A stretch of 64,000 bases of DNA from Okamejei kenojei (Eukaryota): the NCBI GenBank assembly GCA_035221665.1, contig CM069155.1, positions 25,668,001 through 25,732,000 of the forward strand, written 5' to 3'. Below the pieces are notes generated by a model. The model was not told the DNA's origin. It searched no databases and was given only the letters and a program-made list of their open reading frames with translations. Position numbers and translations under genes: made by a program. Of this stretch, positions 39,199 through 48,824 are shown one piece after another (the first letter of the stretch is position 1; every line of letters starts with the position of its first letter).

Positions 39199-39926
39199 GA
39201 AACGTTCTGAGTCTCTTCCTTTTGGGGGGACACGACTTTTCTTGTCGTATCCTCCGTCTCCGTCTGCGCTGAGGCCTATCGCGGAGCTGGCGGCCTCCAA
39301 CTTTAACTGTGACTGACCCGAGGCTCCGGAGGCAGAGCCAGCCAGGACTCACCAGCGCGGGGCTGGCCGACTTCGGGGCTGTGGCGGGTTCAGGTGTTCC
39401 GGCGGCCCGACTCGGAGCTGTGGCGGCTTTCCGGTGGCGGTTGCAGCGACTTCGGAGGCCCGGCCGTGGGCCCAGTGGACGACATCGTCGGGAGCTCGCA
39501 GGTCACAGGTTGGTGACCTGTTTTTCCGGAGCTCCCGCGGCAACAGCTGCGTCCGCTGGACTGGAGGGCGGCAGCTTCGGCAGCTTCGGCCGCCCCGGGC
39601 CGCGGAGTTGAACTGGCCCGCTCGCGGATCGCGGTTCACCCGCGGGACTTATTTACATCACCCGGTGCGGTCACAACATCGGAGGCCCGGGTCGCCTCAG
39701 CGAAGAGGAAGAGGAAGAGGAAGAGGAAGAAGGGAAGAGACAAAGACAAGATTTTTGCCTTCCACCACAGTGAGGAGGTGCCTGGTGAACTCACTGTGGT
39801 GGATGTTAAATATGTGTTTATTGTGTGTTTTTGTTATTTACTATATGTATGACTGCAGGCAACGAAATTTCGTTCAGACCGCAAGGTCTGAATGACAATA
39901 ACGTTTTCCAAGTTCCAAGTTCCAAG
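39031..39926 (+). mobile_element. CpG-rich non-coding retro-element with 3' stem-loop and (ttccaag)3 tail
   Basis: Splits a CR1 fragment (gtttcaatga|...|gtcccccctcat). Has a 3' hairpin at 39870-39895 and a tandem tail at 39906-39926. Confidence 0.7.
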
Positions 39927-41560
39927 GTCCCCCCTCATCCTAAACTCCAGCGAGTACAGACCCAGTGCTGTCAAATGTTGGCTGTTGGGTCTGACTCCAA
40001 ACATTGTAGTGTTACTCCTGTGATATCCATTGAATTTGTTTTACAGGGTCTCCTTGATACCATACCCAGTCAAATTCCACTTAAAGGGTGAGGGCTGTCA
40101 CTCTCACCTCCCCTCTTAAATTCATGCACTTGTTCCACATTTGGACAGGGCTGTGCGAGTTCCTTCACGATGAGAGCGATGACCTCCTTCTCCGCAGAGG
40201 ATTCGCTGTGGCGATGTTGTAGTTAATGATTAACGCAAAACACTCAGCACTGGGACAAGGTACAGCTGGATTGCAATAACCCATCAGGGAGTTCAAACCC
40301 ATGTCCCACATGCTTTCAGATAATTGTGCTGCCTGATACTTGTGGGTGTTTGGATTTGAGGTTTGCCGAGTGCTGTTTCCTCAAGCACTGGACCAGAATC
40401 TAGACACTGGTCGGCCAGGGTCTCTGGGCCTGGGGGTTGCTGGCCTGGGAGGAGATCTGGGTTTGGGTGTTCATGTTGGTCGGATCATTTTCATCATCGC
40501 CCATGCCACCTTCTCGCTGTGCTTGAAGGCAAAGCTCCTGCCGTAAGAGGAAAAATCTCAGGGAGGGGGGTGGAAGGAGATGTGGAACTGCAGCCAGTTG
40601 TTGAGGAAATCCTTGAATGCCCCGTTGAGGAAGTGTGCAGCTGCCCAGAGGCGGGAGCTATTGTGCTGTCCACACCACCTCCATGTTCCTTGTTGGAACC
40701 AAAGATTATAGAGGAGCTGCTCTAGTCTCTTTGGTTGGAACATACATGGGGCTGCAGCGCCCCCTGGTTGGAGGCTTTCATGCCACAGAAAATGAACAAC
40801 GAGCATTGCATCCCAATCAAAGCGCAATGATGACTAGGCTGCAGTATCACACTGGCCTAAGCATTTCACAGGATTGTCAAACTATGAAAAAAGATGACCT
40901 CTGATTATTCATAGATGTGATCGCCTGCTAAACAATATTTTTTTTGTTTTGTTTATGGTCACGTGTGCCGATGTACACTGAAAAGCTTTTTTGTTGCATG
41001 CTAATCAGTCAGCAGAAAGACAATACATGATTACAATTGGTCCATTTACAGTGATAGATACATGATAAGGGAATAACGTGTAGTGCAAGGTAAAGCCAGT
41101 GAAGTCTGATCTAGGGGTAGTCCGAGGGTCACCAAAGACGTAAACCGTTGTCCAGCACTGCTCTCTGGTATAATAATAGATTGTTGAATACACACAACAT
41201 TTCAAACTAGCATAATTCTTGAACTGTCCAGAACTGAAAACAATACAATGTTGCCTAACCAAAGCTTGATAAAGCTGCAATGTGACTGGCCAATTTTTAC
41301 AATTGGTATTGGCTTATTATCGTCACGTGTACTGAGATACAGTGAACAGTTTTGTCTGCGTGCAATCTGGTCAAATCATACTGCACTCGAGTCCAATCAT
41401 GCCATGCACGTACAACAGAGTGCAAAAACCATCCCCTCAGGGATACAGACAGGGATAAGGGTGATGGTTGGTCGGAAGGGCCTGTTTCTGCACTGCATCT
41501 CTAAACTCTAGGCTGCTCATTATTCGGAATTGCACCTTATCTGCTCTCCTTCCCTCCCAG

Positions 41561-41603
41561 GAACAGTTCAAGAACGAGTTCACTTCTGGTGATGGCAAGA
41601 AGG
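41561..41603 (+). CDS. UPB1: beta-ureidopropionase exon 8
   Basis: Acceptor ccttccctcccag and donor gtaagc; 43 nt. EQFKNEFTSGDGKK. Confidence 0.96.
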
Positions 41604-42077
41604 GTAAGCAGGAACACTTTCTATTTCATTTGTAATCTGATGCCTTTATTACTCCAGCTCGTGATCTGTAGCTCGACCAGAAAAAACGTAATGTCTTGAA
41701 AGGATTGGCTTCTTGACACTGAACTTTGACACACAGGTCACGACTATTCCATATTCCTCGCCTGTCCAAGCACTGAGTCTTTTTGGAAGCTTCCATCACT
41801 TACCTGCAGCTCTTTCCTTTACCCACTCCCAACCCCTTCCCTCACTGGCTCTTTGCCGATGCTGGTATAAACTACTTCAACCTACAGACTCGCGTGAGGT
41901 GCTGATTTGGCAGCCGAAACACAAGCTGATCCTGAATCCCGGTCTCGGTTACTTTTTACCCAGCCAGTGTGCATCCACACCTCCCAGTCGGAATAGCAGG
42001 CTGTCTGGCCTTGGTTGAAAGGTGGTCACAGAGGGGAGGGACAAGGGGGAATAGTTACAGTGTTTTGGTGAAGAGTA

Positions 42078-42515
42078 TCTCCATTGTCTGAGTGAGGCCA
42101 AACGCAAATTGGAGGAACAACACCTCGTATTTTGCTTGGGCAGCTTATAACCCAGCAGTATGATTTCTCTACCCAGAATATTGATTTCTCTAACTTTCAA
42201 GTAATCCTTGCATCCCCTCTCTCTCTATCCCTCCCTCACCCTAGTTGTCATACTAATTTCAATGTTATCCTGGTGAGTTTCATTGTCTCCAATTTGTTTT
42301 CACCTAGCCCACAGCTAAGAATAGCCTGTTTCCTTTATCATTGTTACTTTTTTGCATATCCTTCATTAATTTGTTCTATATCTCCGTCTATATCTGTCAT
42401 TCCCCTTTCCCCTGACTGTCCGTCTGAAGAAGGGTCTCAACCCGAAATGTCACCTATTCCTTTTCTCCAAAGATGCTGTCTGACTTGCTGAGTTACTCCA
42501 GCTTTTTGTGTCTTC
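42078..42515 (+). mobile_element. Penelope-like 3' fragment with hammerhead-like terminus
   Basis: LHCLSEAKRKLEEQHLVFCLGSL C-terminal peptide, then a pyrimidine-rich UTR and CTGAAGA...GAAA at 42424-42451. Confidence 0.78.
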
Positions 42516-42689
42516 TATCTTTGCTTGTTGATGATGTCTATTAGCATTTCAGTCTCAGATATAAAATATTGATTAAGCTGGCATTTGATATTCATGGCTG
42601 GCAGTTCTTGGGATGGTGCTGCAGGTGTATTGTCCAGTCAGATGTTGCACAGTTGTATTAATCCATTTTTCACTGTTCCCTTTTGAAAG

Positions 42690-42844
42690 CTCATAAGGAC
42701 TTTGGACATTTCTACGGCTCCAGCTACGTTGCTGCACCTGACGGGAGTCGGACTCCTGGTCTGTCTCGTACCAGGGACGGATTGCTTGTTGCTGAGCTGG
42801 ATCTCAATTTGTGCAGACAGATGAGTGATAAATGGGGCTTCAAG
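42690..42844 (+). CDS. UPB1: beta-ureidopropionase exon 9
   Basis: Acceptor ttttgaaag and donor gtaatt; 155 nt. (A)[51 protein letters not shown]. Confidence 0.97.
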
Positions 42845-42869
42845 GTAATTAAACACAGAGCTGCTTCCT

Positions 42870-43600
42870 GGTGCTCTCTCTTTCCCTCTCTCTGTGACCC
42901 TTTCTGCTCTCTGCAGAGACCGCTCCCTCTACAACTCCTCAGTTCACTCATCACTTCCCACCCAAACCACTCCCTCCCCACGTCCTTTCCCCTACAACCA
43001 CAGGAGATGTAACGTCTGTCCCTCCCTCGTATCCATCCAGGGACCCCAGTACCTCTACCAGGTGAGGCAGTGGTTCACATGCACCTCCACTAACCTCGTC
43101 TACTACATTTGGTGCTCTCAATGTAGCCTCCTTTACATCGACGAGACCAAATATAGACTAGGCGACCGTTTCATTGACCACTTTCCCTTGGTCTGCCTAC
43201 GTCCACACAAAGGTAATGAACAGCCCCCTGTTTTCTCCCTGGGCACCTTACAACCTTCTGGCCCAGGACATCAAACTCTCCACTTTCCGATAATTTACTG
43301 TTTGTATCTGAATTGCTCATCTTTGCTGTTGTCCACCTGTGATGTTGGCTCAGAATTCACTCTTCATTTGCAAACCCTGACTATTTGGTGCAACACATCA
43401 CACCTGCTTTGTCACCTTCTACATCGTCTATTAGTTACTCGGCTCCACACCAATCCCAGTTCCTAAGCTATCGCAGGTATTCTTTCCCTGCCATTTCTTT
43501 CCCAGTACTCATGGAAACATTCTCTTTCCACAGATGCTGCCTGACCTACCGAGTTTCCTGTATTTGTTTTGTTATTTTACATTTCCAGCATATGTGGGTC
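42870..43600 (+). mobile_element. Penelope-like element remnant (GIY-YIG region)
   Basis: RRCNVCP...IQGP...QVRQWFTCTSTNLVYYIWCSQCSLLYIDETKYRLGDRF. Confidence 0.78.
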
Positions 43601-44205
43601 TTTCTCGTGGCCTGCATTATCCACTGCACTCTCTCCACCAGTATTCTTGCTGCTCTTCTCATCGGCACAATATATGCCCCATACCAGGATGTGCCCTGTG
43701 GCACTGTCACATTCAGCTCAAATCAATCTACTTGGTTTCAAATGCCCCAGTCAGTTCCCTTTCTCTGCCCTCTCCTCACGACCCTTCCCCTGCTGCATCC
43801 TTACTTTTCCTCTCCTTTGGTACTGAAGCAGTGTTCTTGACCAGGGGTGGGGATGGAGTGAGCCCAGATTGGGGTGGAGAATTGAGGGAGCCCAGACGTG
43901 CAGGGGTAGGGGCGACACTGAGTGGAGGGGACCTGGCCTGCTACAGAAAACGCTTTGTGGGACAAGCTAGGACAGGCCAACCTGCCCAGCACACAGAGAC
44001 TGGTGCTCAGAGGGAATTGTGGGAGCTGGAGGTTCTGGGGTGCGTACGCTGTTAATTGTCCTGCAGGATGCAACTGCAGCGAGCTGACAAAGAGCTTCAT
44101 TGGTAGCTTGAGACTGCCTTGCATTTGGATGAACTGGACAAGGGTGGTAATTTCTCTCTGGGTAACTTGTATTTCTAACCCCTTTATTATAATTTTCATC
44201 CACAG

Positions 44206-44292
44206 ATGACTGCGAGGCTGGAGACGTATGCTGACGAGCTCTATCAAGCAGTGCAGTACAACTTCCAGCCCAACATCGTCACTGAGTATTGA
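44206..44292 (+). CDS. UPB1: beta-ureidopropionase last coding exon (10)
   Basis: Acceptor catccacag. MTARLETYADELYQAVQYNFQPNIVTEY followed by TGA at 44290-44292. Exons 2-10 total 1054 nt and join in one frame. Confidence 0.95.
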   Translation: MTARLETYADELYQAVQYNFQPNIVTEY

Positions 44293-44408
44293 CACAAGCT
44301 GGAGGCCTGGACCAGAGGGGCAGGGTTTAATCAGCTCAGCTTCCTTCCCCTGTCTTTTGTCCAAGGTCACTCACTACGCTTCAGTCACTTTGTCTTGTAC
44401 AAAAAGCT

Positions 44409-44414
44409 ATTAAA
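44409..44414 (+). terminator. candidate UPB1 polyadenylation signal ATTAAA
   Basis: ATTAAA about 117 nt after the UPB1 stop, before the transposon-derived sequence begins. Motif evidence only. Confidence 0.5.
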
Positions 44415-44888
44415 AAAAGAGCTGCCAACTTGAAAACACCATTTGGGCTGTTCACTTCATCTCAGTCAGTCGATCGATCTCCCCCCTATAGTCTGACTCT
44501 ATCCAACAACGGTGGTGTTGTCGAGCGAATTTAAAGATGGAGTTGGAACTGTGTCCAGCTACACAGTCATAGAGTCATCCAGTTGGTCCTTTGGCCCAAC
44601 TTGCCCACACCAGCCAACATGTCCCAGCTACACTAGTCCCACCTGCCTGCGTTTGGCCCATATCACTCCAAACCTGTGCAAGCCATGAACCTCTCTAACT
44701 GTTTCTTAAACTTTTTTCACTCTTTGTGTGAAAAAGTTACCCCTCAGATTCCTGGTAAATCTTTTCCCCTTTAACTTAGGCAAGAGTGTTTTATTGTCAT
44801 ATGTCCCAGGTAGAACAATGAAATTCTTACTTGCAGCAGCACAACAGAATATGTAAACACAGTACACTGTAAACAAGAAAATAAACGA

Positions 44889-45034
44889 NNNNNNNNNNNN
44901 NNNNNNNNNNNNNNNNNNNNNNNNNNNNNNNNNNNNNNNNNNNNNNNNNNNNNNNNNNNNNNNNNNNNNNNNNNNNNNNNNNNNNNNNNNNNNNNNNNNN
45001 NNNNNNNNNNNNNNNNNNNNNNNNNNNNNNNNNN
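44889..45034. other. assembly gap (146 N)
   Basis: Run of N. Confidence 1.
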
Positions 45035-45920
45035 CAATATTCCACCTCTCCACCAATTCAAATATTGCTGCCAATGTGGGGGGGGGGGGGGGGGGGGGCG
45101 GCTTTCTGTTGCGCTAGTATGGGTGTTGTGGGCCAAAGGTACTGGTTTCCAGAGGGCTAGTATAGACATTGTGGGCCAAATGGATTCTTGGGCTGGCAGC
45201 CAACTGTTGCAATGATTTTAAAAGCCAAGCCAAGGAAAAACTATTTGACTGCAACCACTCGACAGTCAAAATACATTTTGTGAACACACACTTTTTAAAA
45301 AGGCGAGGCAAATAATTTGGCTGCAGCCACCCGACAACCAAAATCCATGTTCTGAACACACATTCTTTAAAAAGGCAAGGCAAACAATTGGGCCGCAGCC
45401 ACGCGACAACCAAAATCCATTTTGTGAACACAAACTCTTTAAAAAGGCGAGGCAAACAATTGGGCTGCAGCCACCCGACAACCAAAATTCATTTTATGAA
45501 CACATAATTTTTAAAAAGAAGGTAAACAATTTGGCAGCTGCCACATCAAGGGGACTCACCGTGGAGTAGGCGTACGTTCAGTGTTATTCACAGCTCAGAG
45601 AGCCATGACCCTTTCACTTCCTGGGTCTGGCAGAGACAGTGTGGCACGACACTTCTGGCTTTTATAGTCCCTCCCCCCTGCCGCCAGCAGGGGCAGCAGA
45701 GAGAATGGGCGATTAAAAAAAAAAACATTATCTCTCTCATTTTTCATTGATGGGAAAAGTCCTCTGGTCCCGGAAGGCGGAGGTGGGCTCTGAGCGAGGT
45801 GGCCAAAAATGACGGCCGTAGATGGTGGCGTTCTCTCGGAAATCGCAGCACAGTGGGCCAAAAGCGGTCAAGATCAGACTTTTAGTAATATACATACATA
45901 CATAGATATATAGATATAGA
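45035..45920 (-). mobile_element. non-autonomous Helitron, second copy in inverted orientation (3' end runs into the gap)
   Basis: Reverse complement aligns along its length with 45970-46674. It has 4 units of the 72-bp repeat and a poly-G expansion. Confidence 0.82.
45241..45535. repeat. 72-bp minisatellite, ~4 units, inside the Helitron
   Basis: A gcagccacccgacaacc-like core recurs at 45251, 45323, 45395 and 45467 (period 72). It appears as a 24-aa repeat in the ORF track. Confidence 0.92.
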
Positions 45921-45943
45921 TATCGTTAGAAGATAGATAGATA

Positions 45944-46732
45944 TCTATCTTCTATCTTATTATTATTATTATATTACTAAAAGTCTGATCTTGACCGCTT
46001 TTGGCCCACTGTGCTGCGATTTCCGAGAGAACGCCGCCATCTACGGCCGTCATTTTTGGCCACCTCGATCTGAGCCCCCCTCCGCCTTCCGGGACCAGAG
46101 GAATTTTCCCATCGATGAAAAATGAGAGGGATATTAATGTTTTTTTTTTAATTGCCCATTCTCTCTGTTCTCTCTGTTGCCCCCACTGGCGGCAGGGGGG
46201 AGGGACTATAAAACCCGGAAGTGTCGTGCCACACTCAGTCTGTGCCAGACCCAGGAAGTGAGAGGGTCACGGCTCTTTGAGCTGTGAATAACACTGAACG
46301 TACGTCTACTCCACGGTGAGTCCCCTTGATGTGGCAGCTGCCAAATTGTTTACCTTTTTAAAAAGTTTGTGATCACAAAATGAATTTTGGTTGTCGGGTA
46401 GCTGCTGCCCAATTGTTTGCCTCGCCTTTTTAATGAGTTTGTGTTCACAAAATTGATTTTGGTTGTCGGGTGGCTGCAGCCCAATTGTTTTTCCTTGGAT
46501 GGCTTTTAAAATAATTGCAACAGTTGGCTGCCAGCCCAAGAATCCATTTGGCCCACAATGTCTATACTAGCCCTCTGGAAACCAGTACCTTCGGCCCGCA
46601 ACACCCATACTAGCGCAACAGAAAGCCATCCCACTGGCGAGCAATATTGGAATTGGTGGAGAGGTGGAATATTGCGTTGGTGACCAGCCCTCCTGTGTGA
46701 TGCTGGGACCCAAAGGGTCCCACTTAGTCTAG
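45944..46732 (+). mobile_element. non-autonomous Helitron (complete)
   Basis: 5' a|TC start in AT-rich simple sequence (exact 5' base uncertain). 3' hairpin tgggaccc-aaa-gggtccca (46704-46722) ends 10 nt before the element end, which is CTAG (46729-46732) followed by T. Internal 72-bp minisatellite with 2 units. Confidence 0.85.
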
Positions 46733-46902
46733 TATATAGAGAGATAGAGATATATACTGTACAGAGAGAGAGATATATAATCTGTACACACACAAAAAAC
46801 AAACAATAATAGTGCAATAATAGTCTAGTTCAGAGCTTGAGTTTGTAGTGTTTAATAGCCTGACGGCTGTAGGGAAGAAGCTGTTCCCGAACCTGGATGT
46901 AA

Positions 46903-47147
46903 AGGGCCTGTCCCAGTTGCCGATATTTCCGGCGACTGTCAGCATCATTGATTGACGTATCAGGTCACCGAAAAAGTCATGGCGTGATGCGGTGTGACGA
47001 CGTATTGACACGCTGTGTCTCCTCAAGTGTCGCAATAAATTTTTGTTGTCGCTGTATTTTAAAATGTTCAAAATTTTTCGCCAACCTGGATACGTCAGTC
47101 AATGACGCCGGCAGTCGTCGAATAAATCGCCAAGTGGGTCAGGCCCT
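46903..47147. mobile_element. PIF/Harbinger-like MITE, 245 bp
   Basis: TIRs agggcctgtcccagttgccgat and atcgccaagtgggtcaggccct, flanked by TAA (46900-46902) and TTA (47148-47150). Removing it plus one 3-bp site restores the host LINE frame RSLKT-V-TSRF. Confidence 0.85.
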
Positions 47148-47972
47148 TTACAGTTTTCAAGCTTCTGTACCTTTTTCCCGATGGCATGGGTGAAATGAGT
47201 GTGTGTCCAGTGTGGTGTGGGTTTCTGATGATGCTGGCTGCCTTTTTGAGGCAGTGACTCCGGTAAATCCTTTTGATGGTGGGGACATCAGAACCGGTGA
47301 TGGACTGGGCAGTGTTCACATCTTTTTGTAGTCTTCTTCGCTCCTGCGCATTCAAGTTGCCGAACCAGGCCATGATGCAACCAGTCAATATGCTGTCTAC
47401 TGTACACCTGTAGAAGTTCAAGAGAATCCTCTCTGACATACCAAATCTCCGTAATCTTCTCAGACAGTAGAGGCGTTGATGTGCTTTCTTTATAATATTA
47501 TCAGTGTGCTGGGTCCAGGAAAGATCTTTGGAAATATACACGCCCGGAAATTTGAAGTCTTTGACTCTCTCCATCATAAACAGGATAGTGGGTCCTCATC
47601 CTTCCTCTTCCAAAGTCCACAATCAGTTCCTTGGTCATACTGACATCGATAAACAGGTTGTTGTGCTGGCACCATTTGATCAATTGATCGATCTCACTTC
47701 TATACTCTGACTCATCATCATCTGTAATTCGCCCAACAACGGTGGTGTCGTTGGCAAACATGAAGATGGAATTCACACTGTCCGGCTACACAGTCGTGAG
47801 AATAGAGTAGAGCAGGGGGCTGAGCATGCGACTTTGAGGTGCTCCAGTACTGATTGTTATTGAGGAAGAAGTGTTTCTGCCAATTCAAACAGACTGGTCT
47901 GCTGATGAGGAAGTTGAGGATCCAGTTGCAGAGAGATGTGCAGAGACCCAGTTCCGAGTCCTTTGTAACCAG

Positions 47973-48136
47973 TTTTTTTTAAATCAAAAATATTTATTCA
48001 AATATTAAAATAGTACATACAGTACAGTAAAAAACAAACAGAATCCACCACCATGTTACACGCCCAACGAAAAACTATTATACATCTATCTTACACTCCT
48101 TGTTAAGGATGCATTCAACCCCTCGCGGTGCCCAGT
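47973..48136 (-). mobile_element. 5'-truncated poly(A)-tailed L1/Tx1-like insertion with 11-bp TSD
   Basis: Poly-T at 47973 with AATAAA upstream on the - strand. TSD tttgtaaccag (47962-47972) and ttggtaaccag (48137-48147). Short ORF end [18 protein letters not shown]-stop. Confidence 0.75.
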
Positions 48137-48824
48137 TTGGTAACCAGCTTGGAGGGGATGATGGTATTGAACGCCGAGCTGTAGTCTATAAACAACAGCC
48201 TGACATATGTGTTTTTATTGTCCACGTGGTCCAGTGCAGATTGGACCTAAGTTAAACCTATGTACTCTGGTCCTCCGATTCACCTACTCTGGGCAAGGAA
48301 CTCTGCATCTACCCAATCTATTCTAGTGATTTTATACACCTCTATAAGATCACCCCTCATCCTCTGGTGCTCCAAGGAATAGAGTTTCAGCCTACTCAAC
48401 GTCTCCCTCTCCCTATAGTTCAGACATGTAGGCATAAGTAGAGCACACAGCCCTGACATACCGAATACTTCCTACTCCTGTGCTGATGGTTATCGAGGTT
48501 AACATAGGAGGTCCTGGCAGGAGGCACCGAGAACAATGGGGGGGACCCTGCGGAGGGCCTCGTTGGTGGCAGGCCTAGTTTGCCACTGTGAGCAGAAGAT
48601 CAAACTATTCCATTAACCTTTTCTAACTTTGCCTTCGCCAGAAACTGGTGTACTGTCTAGGTGAGATGAGCTTTGATTTTACTGGGTTGTATGCAAAACA
48701 AAGCATGTCACTGTACCTAGGTACGTGGCAATAAAGTATTATTGAATTGAATAATTTGGAGTATAATACGTATATAGTTCTCGTTGCCCTGTTTTAGGAA
48801 GGTTGTAATTAAACTGGAATTCAT

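Larger units (their letters stand above)
44781..48245 (-). mobile_element. 5'-truncated Rex1/Babar-like LINE interrupted by younger insertions
   Basis: RT-like peptides FANDTTVVGRITDDDESEYRSE, ERVKDFKFPGVYISKDLSW...KKAHQRLYCLRRLRRFG and NSFFPTAVRLLN. 3' tail at 44781 resembles the copy at ~57740. Confidence 0.85.

Noticed and set aside
39309-39895. Several Arg/Gly/Ala-rich ORFs
   Set aside because: By-products of the high GC content of the inserted element.
40360-40830. Coding-like stretches here and at ~23560-23960 and ~43830-44130, possibly ancient L1/Tx1 remnants
   Set aside because: Too degenerate to assign by eye; a tBLASTx or HMM search is needed.
45114-45485. ORF with a 24-aa repeat
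   Set aside because: It is the translation of the 72-bp Helitron minisatellite, with no splice or homology support.
45241-45535. CRISPR-like periodic array
   Set aside because: The whole 72-bp unit repeats with no unique spacers, the context is eukaryotic, and there are no cas genes.
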